A stretch of 63,291 nucleotides of DNA, the filler included, from Phoronis australis (Eukaryota > Animalia > Phoronida): the NCBI GenBank assembly GCA_002633005.1. It is 12 parts of 12 records of this genome, joined end to end, with 100 filler letters (N's around TTAATTAATTAA, not from the genome) between each part and the next. Parts side by side here need not be neighbours in the genome. Positions count along the whole stretch, not along the records: positions 6,303 to 33,294 come from NMRA01000863.1; positions 33,395 to 34,650 come from NMRA01001066.1; positions 34,751 to 38,467 come from NMRA01000871.1; 9 more parts are not named here. One strand, given 5' to 3'. Below, one piece after another: positions 24,827 to 37,950 of this stretch. A program made the position numbers and the translations under genes. The notes below the pieces were generated by a model. It did no database searches and was not told the DNA's origin. It was given only the letters and a program-made list of their open reading frames with translations. Position 1 is the first letter of the stretch. Every line of letters starts with the position of its first letter.

Positions 24827-27800
24827 TAGTCGGTGGGCCAGATCTCATAGCGTTCATCCTTGAGAGTACTTTGGGGGGGCAACCTAGTTTTTTGTATGTG
24901 GCTAGATAATATAACTAAAAATCAAATTCCAAAAAGTTCCCACGTCTACACTTGCACATTTTTTTAAAAAAAGGTGTTTTTGTTGCACAAAATATGATGC
25001 ATATTCCTGCCACTTGATGGCGCTTTTCTAGTGAATTGACCAATCAGAGAGCCAGATTGTATTGTTGTGCTTAGTTACTTCAATATGGCTGCTCCCATGG
25101 AATGTGATGTCTGTATAATTCAAGGTTTATCAAACAGCACAAAATTGTGATGTCAGAGCCTAAAGAAGCTTAGGAAAGCTTCCTGACGAAAGCTGATTGA
25201 CTGTGGAACTCTGTAGATCAGTAGATCAAAAAGAAGAAGAGGTGTCACAAACGTTTGTGCAGAAAACAGCTGCATGCCCTGGTAGCCTACACAGTATACT
25301 GCTGAGTGCTATAGACTAGAATACCAAGTGTCAGACCAGAAAATTGAAAGGACATAGAACGGCATAGCAACGTTTCAAGGCACCAACAGTAGTACTAAAG
25401 CTGAAGTTGCTGAAAGTGATACAGATGTTATCCAAGATTTCCCAAGAAAATCAATCACTTCCAAAATCTGAAACACCCAATTAACCTGAACAAGATAGGA
25501 ACATTCTGAAACATGAGTGCATCATTTGTTAGCAGGAAAAGTACATTATGGGCCACATTTCAAGAAAGAGAAAGAAGTATAGCTTTCAAAAACAGGTACG
25601 TGTTTTTTAAAAATACATTTTGGTGTTTTCCACGTGTGATTCAGTATTATCACCAGTTGTTTTTTAACTTGTTCAGCCCCTTGACTGCCTAGGCCTTAGA
25701 CAATACTGCTGACCCAGTAGAGACGATGATCATACTATAGGTACTTCATATGCCGGATACTTTTCGGCAAATTATGTTCCTATAAGTTTAGAAGTACCGC
25801 GTAGAGAGATGCCTCTGAGGAGGTCGTTAATGTTTTCATTTGTTCCCAGTTTAAACAAATACTCCTGCAATCCTGTTTTTCGAACACTCCATTCAGTTGC
25901 CACATCGACACTGCTTGCGCTAAGGGATAATCCTATGGCGTTATACTGTGGGTGTGATTTTAAAGCACTTTAAGTCTAAAATTTTTGAGAAGGTTAAATG
26001 GAGTAGATAGTTGCAAACAACATGCCCAAGTGGCCGTCATCCCCTGCCGTAGTCTCAATTTTTTGTAAACATTAATTACTTAGGTAGCAGCTGCAATGAT
26101 AATTAAATTAAAGTGCCTAAGTGGCCATCGTCGCCGTCGAAATTTGAGGACGATGGAAGCCACTGTCCATTTCGTCAAACGTCGATTACCTTAAGTGTAA
26201 ATCGATTGACTATGGTTTGAGCATCTGATTTAAAAAAATTAAATTTCAATCACTGCACAGGTATATCAGCTGATTTATTTTCAGCTGCATCTACTGATCT
26301 AATTATTAGACGATCAACATTATTAGGCTACAGGTCAAACGGCATGTAAATTTGTTAGGCTGGTGGTGGATCAGCTCCTGATACGTCCGTCTGAAAAAGT
26401 TGCATGCCAACTCACTCATAGTTGAATGTTAAATTAGTGTTAACAGTTCGGGTTTTTTTCAGTTGGACTTGTATCGCAAGCAACAGCTCAGTCCAGAGCC
26501 CTGAATATGCAAATGAAATTCAAAGATAAAGACCTTGTGTCTTAGAAGCCAAGTACCACAGATCATCATGCTGTAAAAAAGAGAAAGACAAAGATTGTGG
26601 AGAGTGACGAATCCCCAGTTTTCAGAGATGTTTTTCTACAGTTTTGTTTGGAGTTCATTGAATCAAAGCTTCTAGCACATGGAGATGTCATTTGCCTTTC
26701 AAAAATAAAGCAAGACTTTGAAGCTGTTCTTCAGAAAGCTGGTGTGCATGAAGTTATTTGGACAGGCAATCTTAAGAAATATTGTTGAAGCTACTCACTG
26801 TTGTAGTTTGTGCCTGACTAAGAGATACGAAAGTGAATTGAGGCTAGTGTTCAATAATTCACTTGCTGACTCTAATTAACACAGCCCATTGTAACATATT
26901 TTGAATCAAACGTTTGCCCAAATAGTGCCCGCCTCCAAACAAGGACTTAGTGTTTGACCCTTCATTGCCTGCGGGCTAATCACCAGTGTGCAGTGCTGTA
27001 CCCTCTCTAATCGACCATAGTTGGCTCCTTGGCGGTGGAGCTTTGCAGTTAATATGTATGGCAATGACCGCATCTCCATTGACAGTACTAAACGATGAAC
27101 GCTGCAAGTGCAAAAAGAACATGTGTGCTGGGAAACTGAGTTTGTGCTGCAATGCTGGGTCAAACTGTACAGAAATGTGCAGCTGTGACAACTGTAGTAA
27201 CATCAGCAACACTGACTGCATAACATTGGATAGTTCTTTGACAGGCCAACCCTAAATAGACCTCCAACCCCGTTATTTCCTTTTTTGTATTAAAAAGTTA
27301 ATTTTATTTGTTGATTAAGTCATAGAAAGTACATACTTTGATCATTGTCATGTATTTGTCTCATACTGCTTAATAAACGCTGTCAGAATAATCTATTTTA
27401 ATACAGTCTTTGTGCACATTCACAGAGATCATTCAACTATATTGTTTTTGTACTATAACATATTTCTGGTGTATTATGCAAACAAGCTGTATTTTACACC
27501 ATTAGTCAATGTTTTAGTCATTGAGGCACAAATTTTGCCCAGTCTCAAGTGTTTTGTGTTATTTTTGTTGCCTGACAATGCCAGAATAACTTCCTAGTAA
27601 CATTCAGACTTAGTTTGCATTTTTGCCACTAGGTGTCTCTTTACGTTTTTTAAATTTCACTGTTTACAATTAATTTACAATAGTAAAACATGTAATGTGA
27701 GTGTAATATTGTTCAATACAATGGCACTGATGGGACCATATTACTTGTTTTACAAAAAAGTCACCAAAACTGTTGTTTTTACAAATATAAGTTTACTAAG

Positions 27801-27989
27801 CTCTTTGGTGATTATTAGGTAACTTCAAACTCAAATTTCTCAAAAATGTGCAACTTTATATGTGGGAACTTTTTAGATTTTGAAAACACTCTAATAAATG
27901 AATTAAAAAACACCAAAATAAAATTGCCCCCCTAAAGTACTCACAAAAACCATTTTCTAGAGGCCCTACAAAATCTGGCCCACCGACTA
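24827..27989 (+). mobile_element. internally deleted Academ-like DNA transposon
   Basis: TAGTCGGTGGGCCAGAT..ATCTGGCCCACCGACTA termini, ~140-bp degenerate TIRs, 3-bp TSD TCT, relic ORF pieces DL..EAKYH.S and C-terminal CKCKK..C..CCNAGSNCTEMCSCDNCSN. Confidence 0.75.
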
Positions 27990-30900
27990 TCTAGCATCGG
28001 TTTTGTTTTCCTCTTGTTACTTCTAATTCGACCAAAGAATATTATTAGTTACATGCATGTTTTCGAACGAGTGTAACCTGCGCTGCCTCATCAAGGCAGT
28101 TTTAGCACCCTGGAGACCGTTACTGCGTCTAACCCGTGTCCCTCCCCCACAAGCAAACTGATGCTGTGTCCTGGCAACGTCCATTTTATTACCTGATAAT
28201 CTTTACATAGAATATAAGAAGTCATTTTTATCTGAGTTTGTCATTTTTATATTTAATCGGGTCCACCCAATTATGATTTTGTAACTTGTTGCTACACTCC
28301 AATAAGAGATAAATACCACATTTCTTAAAAATATTGGACGCAGGGGTTTCAAGCTTTCGCTGTAGCTCAGGCAAAGTTATCTCAGTACAAATTAATATAT
28401 AGACTAAAACGATCATAACAATCTTTTGCCACAAAAAGTAACTTAAAATGTACTCGTGAAAATTCCAGAAATGCAGACTGAACCAACCTCACGTTAAGTA
28501 TAAAAGTAGATATGCATAATTGTTACCATGACGACTGAGTACCATAAAGGAATCCCCTTTAACTAAAATTTGACAACCATGGTAATAAAACCTATGAAGT
28601 TATGAGGCAGAAGGGTTCGACCAAGCTTCGCAATTCATAATCTAAATGTAATCATTTTCTGTAAATCAAGTAATAGGTTTTTTACACTTAGTTGCTTTGG
28701 TACATCTTGAATCAAAATCACAATTGATGCATAACATTTAGAAAATCTTTGTCCTGTTGTCACAGATAGTCATACCTTGAACAAAAGTGTACTTTCAAAC
28801 AAAAATTATTTCAAAAGAAGAAGTACAGTTTACCAGAGTGGATGTCAATTGAATGGACACTTCACAATGAAATGAATAGAAGGTTCATAATATTGTGATG
28901 TCACAAGCACATGGAAATTGTACAGAACTGCTTTTTGCACCAGTGTGTCTACAAATGTATTATAGTTAAGTATGTCTCCCTAAATATTATTGAGGTACTG
29001 ATGGAGCACTTGTAAAAATAATGTTTAAGCACTTTTAAACTCGTAACCTTTTCCCTCTGACATCCAAGATGGCCGACCTAATCAATATGGTAAGTCAAAA
29101 TGTGACACATACATGTACATGTAAATAGCGATAACTTTTGAACGCACCTTGTCATTTTGGTATTTTTTCATTTTAGCTTTTCCTGTGACTAAAATTTATT
29201 TGTCTTCAAAATTTTGTTTGCGGTTCGATCACTTCATCTTTTCTCGAATCCTTAAAGCAAAATAACAGTTTATAAATAAAAACTAAATTGTCTTTAAATG
29301 GTACAGAAATTGAAATATTTCATTAAAATGACATGATTCATTCATGTCAGCCTAAAAACTTCTCTAAGGGCACCAACCTTCTGGATATTTGGCTCCAGGT
29401 AAATATTTAATGACCCTTAGCTGCCTAATTTCTGACCCGAGGTCAGTTATGGTCTTTCAATTGATGAATTGGTGTGTGGGTACATCAGACACCCTAATGG
29501 TCTCCAAAGTGTTGATTCTTTTTAATTACTTTTTTTTGAAACCATTTTAAATGTAACGAAATTCCAAAAAGCATTAGTTTCGAAAGTGTAGAATACGCAA
29601 TATTGAAACATTTTTAGAACATAATATGACAAAAGCCCATTTGAGAGATTTCTTAATTTTTTACACATCGAAGATCTATCCATTAACATGTCTTTCAATG
29701 TCCACAGGCCCGCAAACTGGCTTGTAGAAACATTTGAGTGATACCCACTTTCAACACCACAAAAAGTGCTTCCACATTCATCTCCCCTGTCTCGTGATGA
29801 TTGCAGAGAAGTTATTAGTATCATATTTAGTTGGTTGTCCTCATGTCTCACTTCCTAATACCATGATGTGTTTTCTCTCATTGGATGCAATCCGTCTGTT
29901 TTTATATTGAAAAATTGTTTTTCTCGGTATGCAAAATCACGACGTTTTTTCGTGAACTTTTGTAGGCTTGTATACATGTAGGTAAAAACTAAGAGGTCAA
30001 TAAGTGGAAAATTGGTGATTCTTGTATCCGAGCCACATCACGATTATATACTCAAAGTTTATGCTGAATCTAAAAGATGACCCCTAGAGTGATCTTTGAT
30101 GTCTTTTGATTTTCTCGTGGAATTGATGTTAACAGTTGTTTTTATTTCTCATGCGATGGTTTCAAGAGTTTCTCAGAGACTAAAAAGTAATCAAAACAAG
30201 AAAATAAATTTCTATTTTAAAAAATGGAATTACTTTTGCCACACGTGTTGATAATGTAAAAATATTGATTGATATTTATTAGAGACTGTACTGGGTGGGT
30301 AAGAATATTTAAAAAAAAAACAGTCTCAGTTACAGTTCACCTTGAAGAATAGTCGACAACTCCCGGCCGTTGTTTGCGACATGCATTTGAGAGGCCAGCT
30401 AGCGGTTCTGAAAGGGCAGACGTTCATGTGACGATAGATTCGCTTGATTCTTCCTACGAACAATTAATTAACCAAGTCCACAACGATGTGGACACTGAGA
30501 CCATTCAAACTACCTGCGTTTGATTTTCATTGATACATGTGCATGCCTAACATTTGTATTCAGTCTCTCATCTTGGTCTTCAAAATATATGTTGGTGCGG
30601 TGTCGTCCATATGCACTTCACGCCCTCTGTCGTTGCTTTATTATTGTTGCATTAATCAAGATAATCAATTCAAATCCCAACAAAAACCTAACTTTGTCGG
30701 TCTCTTACACCTGTCTAGCTCGGAAATAAACAATGATAATTTAATATGTAGCATTGTCCACTCGCATCATCGCATAGCTATATATTTTATTAAGGTGCAG
30801 CGATGTTGCTTACTATATTTTGAGTTGTAGAGTTATGTTACTAAAAACTACGACGAATTTAAAATGGCTTAAGGTGTTTCGGCGTTTATGGAAAGGCCAT

Positions 30901-31611
30901 CATCACAAGAAAAAAAAATGGCCACCTTGCTAGGCCCAACATCAAGTAGAGATACGCAATCCGGCGTTGTTTTTATTAACATATGCTATTATTTGCTATC
31001 ATGCAGAAACTGTAGAACTAAAGCGTGCACCTTTTCCCACGCAGATCGAAATAGAAATGGTGTGCAAGCAGATGGGTGTGCTACTGTATCTGATTCCATT
31101 TGTCAGCCAGAAAGTGTGGGAAACTGAGACGTTTTTCATGTAAATATCATTGTTAGAATGAATATTGGTTACGTAAGCTGTAGAAATCCATTTAGTTTCC
31201 AAAAATATGTGGAGTTGTACTTTTAAACCATGGGAGCTAATTGTTTATCATGTATTTTGGACGTCAAAATTTATTGTTAGATGAGGTTTAAAACTTTGTT
31301 TCTTTGGTCAATGTACAGTGTACTCTAAAGATTCTAGAATTTTGTGTGAGCAGATCTATCTGTCAATGATATGATTAGATAAGATCATGCATTATCTAGT
31401 AATACATCGATACGCAAGAACATCATTATAGTTTGGACAGAAGTTTGGGAAATACTCAGATGGTATTTAGTAGTTGAAGCTACATGACTTGCTACAGTGT
31501 ACAAAAGAAATTGTACACCAGAGCCATTTCCGTGGAAGAATCTAAAGAGGATCTGGGCAAGGTCAAGGGTTAACGATCAGGAAGCTAACTAAGGACTTGT
31601 CACTTGTATCA

Positions 31612-31750
31612 TGGGTAGTAAGATATTGACTGCGAGTGTTGTGTCACGAGGAACAGTGACCAGCAAGAGGACTCGCTGGTAGAAGATACTGCCTGCAAGT
31701 GTTGCGTCGCGAGAGACTTTGACCAGGAAGAGAAATCGTGGGTAGAAAGC
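31612..31750. repeat. imperfect ~63-bp tandem repeat with a partial inverted copy at ~31885-31925
   Basis: ggtag.aagata.tg.ctgc.agtgttg.gtc.cgag....tgaccag.aagag occurs twice; ctgctggtcacagtccttcgtgac downstream. Confidence 0.6.
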
Positions 31751-33394
31751 TTCTGTAGGGATAAATTCAATCAATTAACCAAAAACAATCAAACGTCTTA
31801 TTTGCTATCCAATCTGTGGAACTTGATGGTTGGATGACAGACATGTTGGTGAATCTTCAAACTAACACACACTGTACTGCATCAGTGTATCTGCTGGTCA
31901 CAGTCCTTCGTGACCTAACACTTGCCGATGAGTTACGGAAGTACTCAATAGTTTTTCTCCTAGCAACTAAGTGTAGAGTTATCGACATCGTGACTTTACG
32001 CGACAAACCGGCAATTTCCGTACCGTCCTTGACCTTGAGTGGCCCAAGATGAATGTGTGTGGGCTTTTTGTGAACATTTTTGTTCTTTCTTGACTGCGAA
32101 TTTCTTACGAAGTCGCCGGAACAGGACTCTGTGAATGGTATTAGAAGAAAGAAAATTACTAATGGTTGGCTGAAACCCTGTTTTGTGTAAATTTATTGAG
32201 TTTTGCGTTTGATATGGACGGCTGAAGTGAAGCACCCGTGGAATTTCTGGTCGGGAGTGTCATACCTTGTAGTATTATATGTAGTGTATTGGGGACGATA
32301 AGAAGCTGAGGACGCCTGTGGCTCAGTGGAGGCTTGCTCTGTTACAAAAGCATGGATTCGATATACTTTTTAATTTTGGATTTGTCTCTGCATGTAGGAA
32401 GCTCTTCGAACCATCGCTAGGGGAGTGCAAAATTTTTAGCTGTTTTAGGTTACTATATACTATATGTTGGGCATTATCAGGAAGAGGCATTATCGACAAG
32501 TCCGCATTCAGATAGATGTCTAAGAGACTGTTGTATTAAACTTAGTAAAATTATACAGTATAAGTATTTTCCTGAGGGTAGAATTTGATTTTTGATTTGA
32601 TACCAGTGTGGCTGTATTTGTACCAGTTAACTGTGCGTTTTAGTAGGCCTAACTGAACATTAAACAAAACCATCGGCATCAATAACACTGCCAAATTCGA
32701 GTAGATTGCTCCTTATCCTATAAAAAACTGAGAAAGACTCTACCAGGTGTTTAGACGTTAGCAACATCTAACAATACAATACATGTAATGGCGGAAGAAT
32801 CGGTGTACCAGAAAAGTCATGGTCGTAAGACCACCTCGTTATTAAAATTTATAGGCCGTTGTTAAAATATTTTCTGAAAACTGTTAAAATATTTTCCAGT
32901 TTCAACTTCGAGGAATACAAACCCAATCAACATTGTAAACAACAAGGTTCCAACAATTTTAAGTAGATCTTCATATCTTTCTTTAATCGCAAAAGTATCA
33001 AAATGTATTTCTAACATGATGGTCCTTCAACAACAGAATTTCCTTAAACTAAACAAAAAATTAAAACTACTTTCTCACGACGAAAAGATTTTTGTCACAA
33101 ATTAGCCAGAGTACGTTAGATGGCAAAGTACCATTAAGGGTAAAGACATCGATGTTGATGTCATCAAATTTTTTGCGGACTTGTAATACAGTCACAGTAA
33201 TAAAACGTATCCCGGGTCAAAGCGAAGAACTTCTAGATGTCTGTCCCGTCAAATAATAGTTCTCAAATGTTTTTCGACGGTAAAACAGACAACGNNNNNN
33301 NNNNNNNNNNNNNNNNNNNNNNNNNNNNNNNNNNNNNNTTAATTAATTAANNNNNNNNNNNNNNNNNNNNNNNNNNNNNNNNNNNNNNNNNNNN

Positions 33395-34036
33395 CCGTAC
33401 GTGCAAGTGCGTGCTGTCTACGTGTAAAAACGTGGGGGAAATTTGGCGATCCGTACGTGGCAAGTACGGCCTCCGTGCGTTTTGGTGAATACGCAGGAGA
33501 ACGCAGACACGACGTAGCACTTTTAGTGCATGCAGAACTTTCTCTGCGTGCAAGCTGCGTTCGCATTACAGATTCACGGCAGTACGTGTGACGTGCGTGC
33601 CCTGCACAGCCAACGACCCCACAACGCACTGACGCCGTGAGTCTTTAAAACTTTCTCAATGGTCCCTTTGCCTGTGGATGGCGCACTTGGCACTTGCGTG
33701 CTGCGCACGTGAATCGCGCGTGGCCGGTACTTAGCCCGCACTTCCCAAATTCTACTATGCAACGAAAACGCTTAACGCACGTGCACCGTACTGACTAAGC
33801 ACGATACACGCACGCACAACTCACTTACCACGTGCGCAACGTATGCTGAAAGCTGCCGCCCACGGCCAGGCATGCCGTACGTGTCACGCACTTACACCTT
33901 ACGGGTGACGTGCGTTGACGTACGTCCTCCCTGCGCTTGCCACTCCCTACTCACGTTTTCAGAAAAACGTGGTGCCCGTGGCGTCCGCAGAAAACGTACG
34001 AACAATAAACACGCACGGCGGGTTGTGACCATAGCT
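33395..34036. mobile_element. CpG-rich non-autonomous DNA transposon, right part (PIF/Harbinger-like end)
   Basis: dense acgt/gcgt motifs ending gggttgtgaccatagct followed by taa; left end lies in the gap. Confidence 0.45.
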
Positions 34037-36256
34037 TAAAGCAACTCAGAAGTGGGGCACTGACTTTATAACCTGATAATGGAAGTGACATTTTAGTGCC
34101 ACTAATTAACTAATTTCATGGTATTAATTTTCACCCAATTTTTGTGCAAAAGAAGGTGACGGATACTGGGTAACATCTAAAGTAACAGAATTGGTCAACG
34201 TTGCTCATGAAATGCATTACTTTTTCCAGTTTTTAATTTCACAAAGTGTGAAATTTTGCCACAGTTTTCAAGTTCAAATTCATCTAGAGCAACATAAATG
34301 CCTGTGTCTGGTTTCCGCTCATGGAGCTAGGTTTTTGAATTTGTCCAAGACACTGACACATGGTTGCACACAGTGGAATGTCTTTCCTACTCATCTTGTT
34401 TTCATCTTGCCTATCTATGTGTAGGCTCACTCTAGACTTTTTAAAGGTATTAGCCAAAATGACTAAAGCATCTGAACACTAAAATATTAATCAAACACTT
34501 TCTCCCTATCCCCGGGCAGGGTATGACGGCCACAAGGGCATTTTATTTATGTTGACCCAAAAAATTTGACCCTATCCCGGGTTACGCATTTCATTGATTT
34601 TGACCTAAAAATTGGGTAAGGATTCCCCCCTATCCACTGGTTATGGCGGGNNNNNNNNNNNNNNNNNNNNNNNNNNNNNNNNNNNNNNNNNNNNTTAATT
34701 AATTAANNNNNNNNNNNNNNNNNNNNNNNNNNNNNNNNNNNNNNNNNNNNTGACCTTGACCTTGACCCCAAATTTCGGGCAACCGACCCTCATGAGATTC
34801 AGCGTGTCCCAAAGTATCTATGTACCAACTTTGGTGCTTTAATCCGGGGTGTAAATGTTTTGGGGTTTTTGGCTGCTAAGGGACCGGACTATAAGTAAAA
34901 CACCGATATCAAATGCATTTCGTTCAATGTGAATGCTGAAATACCAAATGCAAAATTCATGTTACATCAGGTTTTTCGTGAAAATCACAAGTAAAAATTC
35001 CTAGTTATTAGTTGTCTGTGATTACGATGATCTGAATTACTAGGAATCCTCAACCAAAGTGTGAGAATATAGCTGTAATACCTGCCCATGTTGCCTGGCC
35101 TCTGATCTATATGTGTGGGGTGACGTCACTTAATTCAGGATGAGTAGCAAGCGCGATTGTTTTCCGCTACTGAAGGAATCCAATGCTCAAAACGTTTGTC
35201 TACTTAAGATCTGCGGTACCTTTGTATCTCGAATACTCTACACACACAACTTAATCAAGTCGAGATCAAAACAACTGGAAGCAATCCAGATTTGGGAAGT
35301 GTTTTCACAACCGCAGGGTAGGGAAAGGCAATACGCAATTTGAATACCCATGGCGAAATTTAAACTGTCGGTGATCGTATGTATTTCATGCTTTAGGCAC
35401 GTAACTAAGAGAATATAAATCTGCGTTTTGTCATTCATTGCCATATTTACGGCGCTACCACCTTAGGGTGCCTAGTATTCCCTGCCCCTGCTTTTAAATA
35501 CACGATTCGTACACTTGTGATAATGGTGATAATAACTAATAATCTTTCAGCTATTATCCATCTTTGTAATCGATGATCAAACTTCCAAATTATGCTACAA
35601 ATGCTCTTCCTGTACCCATAAAATAGTACCTGCGTATCTTTAAAACCATTGTTATGTTAATTCTGTACATCACGCGACCTTGTTTTAAAGAGTCTTAATT
35701 TTCCGAGACTAAGTCACAGCAATTTCCAGTTATGAACGTTTTTGTCCTCACATTCCTTTTTTGTTTTGAGTTTTCATATACTAGCAACAAGCATGCTGTG
35801 GACTTTCTGTCAAGTCTTGTCGTGAGAGGACCTGGCATACATGTTCAAGACTTTTCATTCCTTGAAAGTGAGGAAATGTAATTCTGTATCAGTTTTAGAC
35901 GCCTTTTCGAAAATCAAGTAATTCATACCACTATCATCCATTCCAAGTCAAATTTAAATTCAGGTCCCTAGCGGTGTGAGTTTGTTCTCAAAGTGTACCT
36001 TTGTCAAACAGCAAACAGCGTTAGGGTTTCAAAAATAAATTCAGATTGCTTGAGAGCAGAAATTGTAACGTTGCTGACAGTACAGCCATCCTCCTGAAAA
36101 TTTACTTACGTGTTTGAAAATAATACACTATTGGCATTCCTGAAATCGAAGACTAACATTAAAAGTATTTTAAGATAAGAGACTATTCATGTTAAACTAT
36201 AGCACGAGACTGCACCAGTAGTTCAGTGACCTAGTCTTACCTTTGTACTGTTGCAG

Positions 36257-36388
36257 TATGTCCAAGTGATAAATATGGCATTAATTGCACTGAGGACTGT
36301 CCGCAATGTGAGAATGGAGGCATTTGTCACGACATCACCGGGGAGTGCATCTGTCCACCCGGATTCACGGGACACAATTGTTCTACAG
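36257..36388 (+). CDS. Tie/angiopoietin-receptor-like EGF exon
   Basis: cag|..|gtgaga, phase 1-1; CPSDKYGINCTEDCPQCENGGICHDITGECICPPGFTGHNCST resembles Tie EGF1. Confidence 0.85.
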
Positions 36389-37800
36389 GTGAGAACTTTA
36401 GTATGAAAAGTCACCTGGTCGTTTGAATTTATCCTGCAGATGATACATCCTTCGATCCCTTCAACTACTTTGTTGACGAACGTAGCAAGTCATACTAGCT
36501 ACATGTATTTTACCGTAAATTAAAGTTATGTGATATTCTGACCAGCAAGTTCAAACGACCTTATGTGTGCCAAGTAAAACATTTTATAATCAAGGGAGGT
36601 TGGATGCACAGTTTCTAATCTTGCCTTTTTACGTACTTACGGCATGGGAAGCTTGAAGCATGTTGTCACCAAGTGTTCAACTTTTTCAAAAACAAATCAA
36701 ATATTTAGATTGGCCCTCATATTGAAAACATTGTCTAAATTAATCACCGAAACAGTAGCAACAAAGCAGTTAGAACTTTTTAGAAGAAAATGGCTGCACT
36801 TTATTGACGTTGGCGATTCCGTAGCGAAGTCAATCAAGTATACTCATCATTAATAGCCAAGAAACGATTACAGTTGTTTGGATGCAAAGAAATTATATTT
36901 ACGACAGAAAAAACACATTTGTTGGGTTTCTTCATGCACTATGAGGCCCGTAATTGCGAGCGCGAAGATTACTTTTGTTGGTGAAAACAATCTTTCATTA
37001 ACACAATTTGGGTTTGAGCTGTGGCAAATAACAAAAACATTTTTTTCTTACCAACGTTGATACGTTCACGACTAAATTGGTTTTCCTTGCGCATTGTTTG
37101 GAAGAACAACTATAAACAATTGCGTTACCGACCTACTCCACACCCTTTAGTGCATTCTATTGGTAAGGCTTGCAGTGTAGTGGGCAATTTAATGGGCATG
37201 TATTTAAAAAGGAACTAGTACTAGTTCGATCAGGGTAGCTCTGTGTCAAACAGAGAGGTAGGTGAAATCAGTTTTGGCCAAACTAACACACCAATAACAT
37301 GGGCCTGGTCGATTGAACGACCCCAGTTACTGAAGCTCGACTGTTTGTTAATAGTCTCGGTTGTCTCGAAGGTAAAGTCTAAAACCAAACACATCGAATG
37401 TTGAACTGTACCTAGATAGAGAAAATCAAGGATCAAGTGCAATATAAACTGTACATTTATTTGCTAAACTATGGTTATTGGTGGTAAGTTGAATATCGTA
37501 GTTACTAAAACATTTACGAATTTCTAAGGACATACATAGTAACAAAACAAGCGTGCCACATGTCCTGAAACATGTGGGCCTAATTGTTTCAATACGTTTA
37601 GATGGCGATTGATGGCCAGTACTTCAACCCGCCCCAATTAGTGTCACTGTCAAATATTGCAAGCAGAAACTGTTCTCTGCAACATTCGCGGTAATGTCCA
37701 GAAATGTCCGTTTAGAACGCACATGCTTGAGTAAACCCGAATATATGCGTGTCCTCTGCCTGTGGCAAGCCCTCTGTAAAGGACTGTTGACTGCCCATAG

Positions 37801-37950
37801 GTTGTGGAGGGAATCGGTTTGGGAGTGACTGCCTATCCAAGTGCTCCGAAGTGGAAAGTGATGATGGATGTCGGGGGAAATATGTCTGCACAATAGATCC
37901 ATATGGATGCTCCTGTGTTACTGGATTTAAAGGAATGACTTGCAGTGAAG
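37801..37950 (+). CDS. Tie/angiopoietin-receptor-like second EGF exon
   Basis: tag|..|gtatcc; CGGNRFGSDCLSKCS..GCRGKYVCTIDPYGCSCVTGFKGMTCSE, with the Tie-type DPYGCSC motif. Confidence 0.87.
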
